Source: Oligoflexales bacterium | GTDB taxonomy: Bacteria; Bdellovibrionota_B; Oligoflexia; Oligoflexales; CAIYRB01 | Length of the DNA stretch: 17,607 bases | NCBI GenBank assembly: GCA_041736175.1 | Contig: JBGSUI010000078.1 | Span: 1 to 17,607, forward strand | Direction: 5' to 3' | Shown: positions 1 through 7,572 of the stretch, piece after piece | Layout: each line of letters opens with the position of its first letter | Position numbering within the stretch: position 1 is the stretch's first letter | Made by a program: the position numbers and the translations under genes | Notes under the pieces: model-generated | The model's input: only the letters and a program-made list of their open reading frames with translations | What the model was told of the DNA's origin: nothing | The model's database searches: none

Positions 1-1
1 G

Positions 2-154
2 GCGCTCAATGACCATGAGCTGACTAGCGGCACAGGCTTACAAGTGCTTGTCGGACCCTACTGGATCGATGTTTCCATCGAGCATAATGGATCGGAATAC
101 TATGCCATTCCCCTTGCTGTCAGACTACATACTGGACTCAAGGCAAGAATTTAG
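2..154 (+). CDS. 3' end of a gene entering from the left edge (unknown product)
   Basis: Frame 2 is open from the edge (ALNDHELTSGTGLQVLVGPYWIDVSIEHNGSEYYAIPLAVRLHTGLKARI) to TAG at 152-154 and is followed by a good intrinsic terminator. Confidence 0.6.
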   Translation, partial: ALNDHELTSGTGLQVLVGPYWIDVSIEHNGSEYYAIPLAVRLHTGLKARI

Positions 155-175
155 GAAAAGGTGGTCATATCGGGT

Positions 176-207
176 GGCGCGACTGAAAAATCAGGCGCGC
201 CTTTTTT
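176..207 (+). terminator. Rho-independent terminator
   Basis: GGCGCG-A-CTGA-AAAA-TCAG-G-CGCGCC stem-loop followed by TTTTTT (202-207). Confidence 0.8.
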
Positions 208-230
208 AGGTCGTTTTTGTCTCCTTTGGG

Positions 231-875
231 ATGAAACAGGATGTCTCATTGGGACTGAAACGCAACAACCGTGGCGTCAAGATCCTTTTTGACTTAGGGC
301 AAACAAGACTTATACAGGGCCTAGCTATTAAATGGACGACGATAGGTTTCTCGGATTACTTCATTGAATTTTCTAACGACCGACTCCATTGGCAGCGAGT
401 GGCCTACAAAAATTGCTTTCAGGAGGAGAAGTGCTTTTTTCCATTGGAACCACAAGGTACACGTTACGTCCGGCTCTGGGGGCAAAAATGGAACAATCCT
501 GGCAAAATAAGTGGCCTCGATACCATTGAGGTGTTCGAATTTGATAAGAGGCAACTAGTGGACGCCGCTTTGGAGGCCGATTGCGCTATCGTGGTTTTAG
601 GGGAGACACCTTACGGTGAGGGTATCGGTGATGTTCTCCATAACGGACTGCAACCGGACGATGTGGCTACCCTAGATGTCCTGAAAGAGGTCAATATACC
701 GATCATTGCTGTGTTGGTGTCAGGACGTGCTCTCGTGCTGGATCATCATATCAACAAAATGAACGCTTTGGTTGCTGCTTGGTTACCGGGTAGCGAAGGC
801 AGTGGAGTGAGCGATGTACTGTTTGGTGATTATGATTTTGAAGGAACCCTTCCCGTAGCATGGCCCGGTTTTTAA
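231..875 (+). pseudogene. C-terminal fragment of a GH3 beta-glucosidase preceded by an F5/8 type C (discoidin/CBM32)-like segment; catalytic N-terminal barrel absent
   Basis: GH3 C-domain motifs ADCAIVVLGETPYGEG, VLVSGRAL, LVAAWLPGSEGSGVSDVLFGDYDFEGTLPVAWP; F5/8-like FDLGQ...YFIEFSND...W...TRYVRL...IEVF. In-frame TAG at 207-209 prevents upstream extension. Confidence 0.75.
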
Positions 876-914
876 GTGTCGATGAGTGATTATTTAGCCT
901 GTTAGGAGGTTGAT

Positions 915-2012
915 ATGTTGGAGTTTACAAGAGGAACCTTTTCGCACCCTAAGCGAATTCTTTTTATAGGATATGATAGGATGAGTCCTGTCACTCATGG
1001 GGGGCGTATAGCTCATTATGGATACTATCTGCCACTAACCTACGGTTATACCGTGGACACCATTTTTTTGCCGAATACACCTAAATCCATGGACTATGGC
1101 CCCATCCCAAAAAGTTTAAGCGGTAGGGAGGCACTCGCTGATCTTATGCTATGTTATGATGGCGCTGCTGATGAGGAAGAGCTTTATGATATTTTAAACT
1201 CACCTCTAAATCCTCCATATCATGCCATTGTAACTGTTTTTCCTATTGATAGGTCTCGCATACCCTATGACACAAAGGTGATCAAACTCACTTTCGATTT
1301 GCAATCTGAGCATTTGCTTGAGTTCCCGGAAGAAGAAATGCCAAAGGTCTATATTGATTTTGCCAAAGGCGCCGAAGCAGCGTTTAGCATCCGGTATGAC
1401 TTCACAGTAACCTGTTCACCGCTTGATCAAGCCAACATGAAGACTATGCACTATATTCCCTTTTACATGGAGCCTAAGCAAAAATCCCTCTATTTAAACG
1501 GAAGTCGGACCATTCTGCTGGCCGGTTCTGGTCACTGGCATCGCTTTACAAAGGCCTATCAGAGTCTTAAGATTTTGGACCAGACCATCCAAGGTAAAAT
1601 TTATGTCTATGGATCCAATGTTGAGGTTGACCATGATTTAAAAAATTTCAACTATCATTTTGATCCCACAGGCTATCGCTCAGATATTTGCTCCTATCTG
1701 ATCCAGCCAGTTGACTACCGCTCAGGTATCCCTTCGAAAGTCCTGGAGGCCCTGTCAAGGGGGATACCGGTATTGACAACCAGGGAAACCAAGCAGAGGT
1801 TTTTTAGCAATTACCGACATGTTTATAATTATGATTCTGCAGAAGAATTAAATGATTACCTCATGAAGGACATCCGATCTGATGGCCAAAATGTCCGAGA
1901 AATCTATGAAGATCTCGAAAGGGAAAGAGGGCTTGTGAGGGTTTTCAACCAGCTGAAAACGATCATTGAATCTCCGTCCGTCGAGAGATTTAGCCCAATA
2001 ACCAGTAGATGA
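915..2012 (+). CDS. Glycosyltransferase, GT-B fold (GT4 / Glyco_trans_1-like)
   Basis: AGGAGG RBS at 905-910; N-terminal RILFIG...SPVTHGG; C-terminal YLIQPVDYRSGIPSKVLEALSRGIPVLTT nucleotide-sugar binding signature. Confidence 0.75.
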   Translation: MLEFTRGTFSHPKRILFIGYDRMSPVTHGGRIAHYGYYLPLTYGYTVDTIFLPNTPKSMDYGPIPKSLSGREALADLMLCYDGAADEEELYDILNSPLNPPYHAIVTVFPIDRSRIPYDTKVIKLTFDLQSEHLLEFPEEEMPKVYIDFAKGAEAAFSIRYDFTVTCSPLDQANMKTMHYIPFYMEPKQKSLYLNGSRTILLAGSGHWHRFTKAYQSLKILDQTIQGKIYVYGSNVEVDHDLKNFNYHFDPTGYRSDICSYLIQPVDYRSGIPSKVLEALSRGIPVLTTRETKQRFFSNYRHVYNYDSAEELNDYLMKDIRSDGQNVREIYEDLERERGLVRVFNQLKTIIESPSVERFSPITSR

Positions 2013-2028
2013 ACTTTGCCCTTGGCAG

Positions 2029-2505
2029 TTAGGCTGTCTCAAACAGACCGAGCTTTCGAAATATTCGGCGGACCTCGCGAAAAACACCGTCGAACTCAGG
2101 CAGGTCGTTCATTTGAACAGCAAGTCGCTTTTGCCAGGCGAGTGCCAGACGTTTTTCTTCGCGCTCCAGGTTTCCGGCTCGGCCAGCGGGATCGTCGCCC
2201 TTCGCCTTAATTTTTTCGGCGACCTGGTTAGCCAGGTGCCCATAATCGAGATCGCACTCAGCCGCTACGCGCCAAAGGTCGTAAACGTCGCGTGGCTCGG
2301 TCCGGGCCTTGTCAGACAAGGCAGCAATTTTTTCAATCAAGATTTCTTGCAAGGAGTAAGCGAGAATATCTGCGTCTGCCGGCAGGTCATCGAATTCCTC
2401 ATAGGTTTTGAGTACCAGCTTCCTTATGATTTTGGTGACGATTTTTTCTCGAAAGGTGATGTCAACTTTGACCTCGCGATTAGCGGCCGGAAGTGGCCTC
2501 AGCCG
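2029..2505 (-). pseudogene. 5'-truncated AbiEii-family nucleotidyltransferase (type IV TA toxin)
   Basis: The frame extends upstream of the listed ORF: RPLPAANREVKVDITFREK...ILAYSLQEILIEKIAAL...RTEPRDVYDLW, typical AbiEii middle and C-terminal motifs. It is blocked by TAG at 2508-2506; no N-terminal GGT motif region and no AbiEi antitoxin. Confidence 0.8.
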
Positions 2506-2554
2506 CTAGGTTTGGGTCGACGCTTTTCACTGTAGTGAAACCGACCCACAGGCT
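2501..2554. repeat. Imperfect nested palindrome (REP/MITE-like) at the AbiEii breakpoint
   Basis: TGGGTCG (2513-2519)/CGACCCA (2542-2548) enclosing TTTCACT-GT-AGTGAAA (2525-2540); outer AGCC/GGCT. Confidence 0.55.
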
Positions 2555-2584
2555 AACGAGGCGAATAATGTTGCAAATCGCCGC

Positions 2585-4165
2585 CTAGACCGACGTAAAA
2601 AGGTCAACAGCAGTGATGGAGTTGGTTACAAGACGACGAGCGTGTGGATTATCGGCGAGCCCACCCGCCGTAATCATGGCGAGGAAAAGACTCTTTTTGG
2701 TTAAAGTGAATGTTTTATACACCTGCATTTTGTTTTCCAGGACTGCTGCATAGTCCTTTGTAACGACATAGGGATCCTTATTATATTTAATTTCGCATAA
2801 GGTTATGATCCCGTCATCTCTATCAAACAACAAGTCAATTTGTGCACCGCGACCAGAATTTGCAGTTATATTTTCCTTGTCGTTAGGAACACTCAGACGT
2901 TTTTTAATTTTAGGCGTGCCGGTCTTTGTCGAATTTACGGCGCGTTTTTGCCAAGATCTGGCGTCTGTACGTATATGTTGAATACCTAGGGCTTTTTTAA
3001 TCTGTGGAATATGTTTAAAACAAATACCTTCAAAAGCAAATCCAGCCCATGCCTCAAAAGGAGCGGTGGCTTTTTGTAGAAAAAAATGATTTTCTTGAGG
3101 GACTGGTCCCAAAAGCCCTTTGTTTGTCGGCTCAATCCATTTGAGATGAAAAAGCACAAACTCGTCAATAACGCGGTAATAGGTAACCATCCTTTTACCC
3201 TCGGCGCATTCAATGGGGGCAATAAAACCGGATTCAGTCAGCTCCCTCAGCCATATTTCGAATCTTCCTCCACTGGCTATGCCCGTTGTTTCAAGTATCT
3301 CAGAGCGGGAGAGGCCGCAGTGTTTTGAACCTATGCCGCGGATGATTTTTTCATGATGGTCGCCACTGTCAAAAAGTGCTTGGAAAAGTGTCTTAAACTC
3401 CATCTGCAGCGTCCCGCCTCCAAAGCATAGACGGGAGATAGCCATACTAGGTGATTCACCACGACGGACTAAACTTAGGTAAAATGGTATGCCACCAAAA
3501 GCCAAATATAACTCTAAGACTTGCGGTATTTCGTAGCCAACACCATTGGCTTCTAGCAGCTCCCTGGTTTCAGCGAGGGTAAAGGGTTTAAGATGAATGA
3601 TTTCTGTGAGTCTATTGTGAAGGCCCCCCTTTGCATTGACAATATTTTTGATCATCCACGATGCTGCGCTACCGCAAATGACTAGCTTGACAGCAGGCAT
3701 CCAAGATAATTGTGTATTCCACGCATGATCTAAGGCCTCAATGAGCCTGGACTTGGGAGTTGTGAGCCATGGCAGCTCGTCTATAAACAACAACCATCGT
3801 TTGGTGGGATCTTGGTGGATTTTTTTCTTCAATCCTACAAGTAAGGTATCAAAAGCTTCAGACCACTGACGCAGTCTTGGCAGACGCAGGCCATCATAGA
3901 AAGTCTCTTCGACACTCTTTTGGAAGTTGGCGAGTTGGATGGCAAGAGTCCCTTTGCTTTGTCCCGACACATAAAAAACTCCTGCCGATGTATCCTCAAA
4001 AAACCGTCGCACAAGAAAAGTCTTTCCTACCCGGCGTCGACCGTAGATCGCCAAAAACTCAGCTTTGTCCGATAGAAGAATTTGACGTAACGTAGCCTGC
4101 TCAGCTCGTCTTCCGACTAACCGCTTTTGTGAGTTTTTCGTGAACTCTAATTCGGTTTGATTCAT
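2585..4165 (-). CDS. AAA+ ATPase (archaeal ATPase/ATPase_2 type) with winged helix and C-terminal PD-(D/E)XK (DUF234-like) domain
   Basis: LVGRRAEQ, Walker A YGRRRVGKT, Walker B LLFIDE, LVICGSAASWM, GGLHNRLT, FGGIPFYL; C-terminal GAQIDLLFDR...LCEIKY. Confidence 0.88.
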   Translation of the reverse strand: MNQTELEFTKNSQKRLVGRRAEQATLRQILLSDKAEFLAIYGRRRVGKTFLVRRFFEDTSAGVFYVSGQSKGTLAIQLANFQKSVEETFYDGLRLPRLRQWSEAFDTLLVGLKKKIHQDPTKRWLLFIDELPWLTTPKSRLIEALDHAWNTQLSWMPAVKLVICGSAASWMIKNIVNAKGGLHNRLTEIIHLKPFTLAETRELLEANGVGYEIPQVLELYLAFGGIPFYLSLVRRGESPSMAISRLCFGGGTLQMEFKTLFQALFDSGDHHEKIIRGIGSKHCGLSRSEILETTGIASGGRFEIWLRELTESGFIAPIECAEGKRMVTYYRVIDEFVLFHLKWIEPTNKGLLGPVPQENHFFLQKATAPFEAWAGFAFEGICFKHIPQIKKALGIQHIRTDARSWQKRAVNSTKTGTPKIKKRLSVPNDKENITANSGRGAQIDLLFDRDDGIITLCEIKYNKDPYVVTKDYAAVLENKMQVYKTFTLTKKSLFLAMITAGGLADNPHARRLVTNSITAVDLFTSV

Positions 4166-4336
4166 CCTAAAAGCCTTTCGATTTAGTAAAGCAAAAGAAA
4201 CCTCTCCCTAGATACAAAATCCATACTTTAGGAAGAGTCGTTGATTTGCATTTCTTCCTATTTTAGGTCGAGCCATGATCGATTTGCACCCTAAAAACAT
4301 GTTTAATATCGAATGGTTGAGCTAGAGTCACAGTTA

Positions 4337-4401
4337 TTGGCCTCTTATAAATTTTATAAGAGGCCAGATCTGCTAAGATTACCCCATTGTTGGCCTCTTA
4401 T
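4337..4401. promoter_or_regulatory. Perfect 14-bp inverted repeat plus an extra half-site (putative operator)
   Basis: TGGCCTCTTATAAA-T-TTTATAAGAGGCCA (4338-4366); TTGGCCTCTTAT repeated at 4337-4348 and 4390-4401. Confidence 0.55.
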
Positions 4402-4685
4402 GCAAATTGTGGCAGGTAGGCCTGACAGGATAACAAGCAACGTGGCAAAGGATGGGGCAAGTGTAGGCGTTCCTCAAGTGTTTACAGTGGGTTGTAGCCA
4501 CCAGCGCGTTGAGCCCCAAGATTTGGAAGTACTATTCAATTTATTCCTCATAACGATAACTTTTAGAATTTGACTTCTAAAACTATCTATCAGGTAGCTG
4601 CGACAGTTCGGGAGCCAAAAACCCTAGATGTCGTAGTCCCTAATTATTTGTTTGAAGTACCGGATTTATTCCCGACGACTTCGAA

Positions 4686-6041
4686 TTACAGAGGACCCTT
4701 AACTATAAATTTTGATGCTCTACCTTGTCCCATGACCTCTACCAAATCAAGCTCAACCAATTTCTGTACCCGTATTCGCGCTGTATTTGCGGAAACATGC
4801 AGCACTCGACACACGTCGGAAGTTTGAAACTCAGTTTTTTTGCTCAACAAAGGTAGTAATCCCCGCAATTCTTCAGGAAACTTAGCGGCGACGCTGATAT
4901 CTAAAAGGGCTGTTTTCCGATATAAAATAACTTTAACGTAGTCACTTCCTTCGATGATCTCGGGAGTCGGTGTGTTGGGTAACTTGGATTCAATGATCAA
5001 TTTAAGACCCAATCCTCTTTTTTCGACAATCCCCGCTTTTCGGGCCAGTTGCCTGATACTTTCGTTTCTAGGGTAAGTCAATCCGGCTTTGTATTCATCT
5101 GCTGTTATTGGCCCAGGAAAGTTCCCTGGGGAAAAAATTTCAACCCTGTTTTCAAAAACGGCAATTTTCACCCCTGATTTGATCGTATATTTCCTATGAA
5201 TAAGCGCATTAATCAAAGCTTCTCTCAGGGCCTCATAGGATATCTCCCATTCCGATGATTTAAGCTTCATTCCGGTCTTTTGATAATTTAACTGCAGATA
5301 AGGCGAGAGAAACGCTTCTACTTGGGCCAAGAGTGTTGGCAGAGGACCACTGATATCTACTGTTTTAACGATCTTTTCTGTGGTATTTCCAGCAAAAATT
5401 GTCAGTAGGATCTCGCAACCCTGGATATATTCGCGAGGGTTCTTATGGAAATAGACTAATCCGCAAACTGATAGCTCCATTTGACGAGCGAGAGCATTGA
5501 AAACTAGAACTTTATCCGCCAATAACTGCTTTTGCGAATAAGACTTCCCATAAAACCCCTTTAAAACCAACGGATCCAAATCATCTATAGAGGCTTCACT
5601 TACTGGTGTGTCGTCAAACTCAACCCTTTTGCCAGAGAGCAGAAGCTCCTCTAAAATATCTTTGCTAGCGACCTTGTTATGTGCTCCCACACGAATATAA
5701 ACACCATCTGGCACACCTTGGGACTTGATGAAGTAAGGCTTCTTAGACCCTTGGTGGACGTTCAGTTCTACAAGAGTCTTACCGTCGAGGATCCGTGTCC
5801 CTATTTTGGGCAAACAAGCCGGGGAGACAGCGTCATAGATTGACCGAGCCAACTCCTCGAGATACTTATCAACAAGGCCTTCCGTCAAACCCACAACCTT
5901 TCCGCTATCCGACACTCCTATGATGATATCTCCGCCAATATCATTAGAAAAAGCCACCACCGTCTGATGTAATTTGCCGTAACTATTTAAAAAATCCTTG
6001 TATTCGCGCTGCCTCCCCTCCTTTTCCAACAAATGTGCCAT
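4686..6041 (-). CDS. Schlafen/AlbA_2 + HATPase_c_4 + C-terminal HTH protein (divergent-AAA/RecG-C-like putative regulator)
   Basis: EGRQREYK (E-x4-E-x-K), VVAFSNDIGGDIIIGVSD, YIRVGAHN; ALREALINALIHRKY, IEIFSPG-like RVEIFSPG, RNESI, VEKRGLG; terminal TSDVCRVLHVSANTARIRVQKLVELDLV HTH. ATG at 6041 with GAGGG upstream preferred over the listed 6101 start. Confidence 0.87.
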   Translation of the reverse strand: MAHLLEKEGRQREYKDFLNSYGKLHQTVVAFSNDIGGDIIIGVSDSGKVVGLTEGLVDKYLEELARSIYDAVSPACLPKIGTRILDGKTLVELNVHQGSKKPYFIKSQGVPDGVYIRVGAHNKVASKDILEELLLSGKRVEFDDTPVSEASIDDLDPLVLKGFYGKSYSQKQLLADKVLVFNALARQMELSVCGLVYFHKNPREYIQGCEILLTIFAGNTTEKIVKTVDISGPLPTLLAQVEAFLSPYLQLNYQKTGMKLKSSEWEISYEALREALINALIHRKYTIKSGVKIAVFENRVEIFSPGNFPGPITADEYKAGLTYPRNESIRQLARKAGIVEKRGLGLKLIIESKLPNTPTPEIIEGSDYVKVILYRKTALLDISVAAKFPEELRGLLPLLSKKTEFQTSDVCRVLHVSANTARIRVQKLVELDLVEVMGQGRASKFIVKGPL

Positions 6042-6100
6042 AGGTCCCTCGATGTGAGCTTTATTTGATCGTTGCGCATTCTGCTGATATTTTATACCCA

Positions 6101-6166
6101 CTTAATTGCGCAATCAAGCTTAATTGCGCAAATATAGCGCAATTAATCGTAATCGCGCAATCAATT
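6101..6166. promoter_or_regulatory. Array of four ATTGCGCAAT-like palindromic boxes (putative autoregulatory operator)
   Basis: GCGC cores at 6108, 6126, 6137, 6155 in TAATTGCGCAAT-like context; a fifth TTGCGCA with core at 6074. Confidence 0.6.
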
Positions 6167-6213
6167 GGCCTCAATTCCCATTGAGAAAACTTGCCTCCAT
6201 GGACGTGTTCTAT

Positions 6214-6921
6214 TCACCTAGATTTCCGGCAAATATCCCCCAAATCCACCAAGAAGGGCATCTCGTCCCACCATTTTATTTGGGGTATATCTCTGAGTTC
6301 AAGCCCGCGGCTAAACAGCCACCGGTCGGTACGGGCTATCATCTTGTCCACCTCCGTTTGATTTCGAAGCCGGACAAAAGACTCATTTGCGATCTGTTTT
6401 GTCGAGATCGACTCCCCAAAGGGCATGATTAAAGCGCCGCTGTTTCGTCCAAAACCACCCATCATATCCTGACCGACCCCCCCTTCGCTCGTATCCATGA
6501 CAATATACAGAGGTGGAATCAGGGTTTCTTTCCAGGCTCCCTTCAGCATGCCGAGGATCCCACGCCAGTCGTGAAAGCCCCGTTTATGACCTGTGAAGTC
6601 CTGGGTGGGTTTTTTTAAGGCCACAAATCCTCCCAAGAGGCCGCGCCCCCCGACCACGGGAATCCGCCAGGTCCTAAATTGCCGGCCTTCGCCCAGACAA
6701 GGGTATTTTAGGTCCAACTCTCTATTGCTTAGCCCGGCCACCTGATGGAGCCACGACTTGTCTAATAACCTTCTAAAATCATTTTCAAGATCCACCTTCC
6801 TTTGCAAACAGTCTGATTCTATTGAGGTTCCTTGCCGAGGCACCCATGGAATTAACCCAGGAGATGCTCCTTTTATTGCCAAGAACTTCTTCCTAAAAGC
6901 CAAAATCATCGTTGAGCCCAT
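6214..6921 (-). CDS. Hypothetical protein with motifs of a minimal protein-kinase-like fold
   Basis: 235-aa ORF; ordered motifs LGEGRQF (76-82), VALK (100-103), LIMPF (164-168), GLELRDIPQ (206-214), FLVDLGD (223-229). Confidence 0.62.
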   Translation of the reverse strand: MGSTMILAFRKKFLAIKGASPGLIPWVPRQGTSIESDCLQRKVDLENDFRRLLDKSWLHQVAGLSNRELDLKYPCLGEGRQFRTWRIPVVGGRGLLGGFVALKKPTQDFTGHKRGFHDWRGILGMLKGAWKETLIPPLYIVMDTSEGGVGQDMMGGFGRNSGALIMPFGESISTKQIANESFVRLRNQTEVDKMIARTDRWLFSRGLELRDIPQIKWWDEMPFLVDLGDICRKSR

Positions 6922-7177
6922 TAAAGAGTTAAGTTACTGTCTAAATATTGGACGAATGTTAGAAGATTTATAGAGTCTCTTTCGGAAAATTTTCTGCTAA
7001 ATCAAGAGGTCCTTCAGGCGGAAACCTGAGTGCCTCAAGTAGCTCTTTATAATTAGATTGTTAGATGCCTCGCTTAAAAGAGCGATGGTCGTGGTCTAAG
7101 AGTTGCATAAGGCATCTGTGAGGCTTTGAATAAAGCCAAGTATGTTGCTGCTGGTTGTTTAGATTGCGGAGGATTGT

Positions 7178-7411
7178 ATGCAAGGTCAAGAGTCCCAAGG
7201 TCCCAAGGTCGTATCCATCTTCACAAAGAAGAAAACATCGGAAGCCAAACAAGAGCCTACACAGGCTAGTGCATCGGCGCCCACTTCAGGGGAAAATCCC
7301 CCGAGTTTTGCTGAACTCATGAAGCAAAATCAGGCTAACAAAGAGCGTCTCGCCAAAGAACGAGCTACCGCTAATAAGTCTGTCCTACGGTCATACCGGA
7401 TTAAACACTAG
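7178..7411 (+). CDS. Small hypothetical protein (77 aa), disordered linker plus C-terminal basic helix
   Basis: GGAGGA RBS just upstream; TATAAT at 7048-7053; protein-like composition (KVVSIF...SFAELMKQNQANKERLAKERATANKSVLRSYRIK). Confidence 0.75.
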   Translation: MQGQESQGPKVVSIFTKKKTSEAKQEPTQASASAPTSGENPPSFAELMKQNQANKERLAKERATANKSVLRSYRIKH

Positions 7412-7500
7412 CCGACGATAAAATCGCCCTTTGACCACAGGATGGGTCCGTAGGTGTCGATACGAGTCTCTTTTAGCTCTCAGGTTTCCTTTCCCCTTCT

Positions 7501-7558
7501 TGTTGCTTTTTGCTGTGGAATGTTGTTTTTTGCTGTATCTGATGTTGAATTCTGCTTT
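7501..7558 (+). repeat. Three imperfect 16-bp direct repeats TGTTG-N5-TGCT
   Basis: TGTTGCTTTTTGCTGT (7501), TGTTGTTTTTTGCTGT (7521), TGTTGAATTCTGCTTT (7543). Confidence 0.55.
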
Positions 7559-7572
7559 TGTAGGTTAATTTA

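Noticed and set aside
2028..2557. Integron attC sites (AbiEii stop within GCCTAAC; GTTAGCC at 2557-2551 beside a bulged hairpin)
   Set aside because: The RYYYAAC and GTTRRRY boxes do not bracket the hairpin in the required order, no paired site follows 2028, and there is no integrase in the window.
4313..4827. 86-aa and 85-aa plus-strand ORFs in the ATPase-Schlafen gap
   Set aside because: No RBS or recognisable motif; one spans the palindrome and the other overlaps the Schlafen gene antisense.
6101..6166. CRISPR or mini-array interpretation of the short repeats here and at 7501-7558
   Set aside because: Units are 10-16 bp with spacers under 10 bp and there are no cas genes; they fit operator arrays better.
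7085..7120. c-di-GMP-I riboswitch (GGTCTAAG...TAAGGCA resembles the tetraloop receptor arm)
   Set aside because: No GGCAAA...GAAA...GACGCAAA P2 arm upstream in the correct arrangement.
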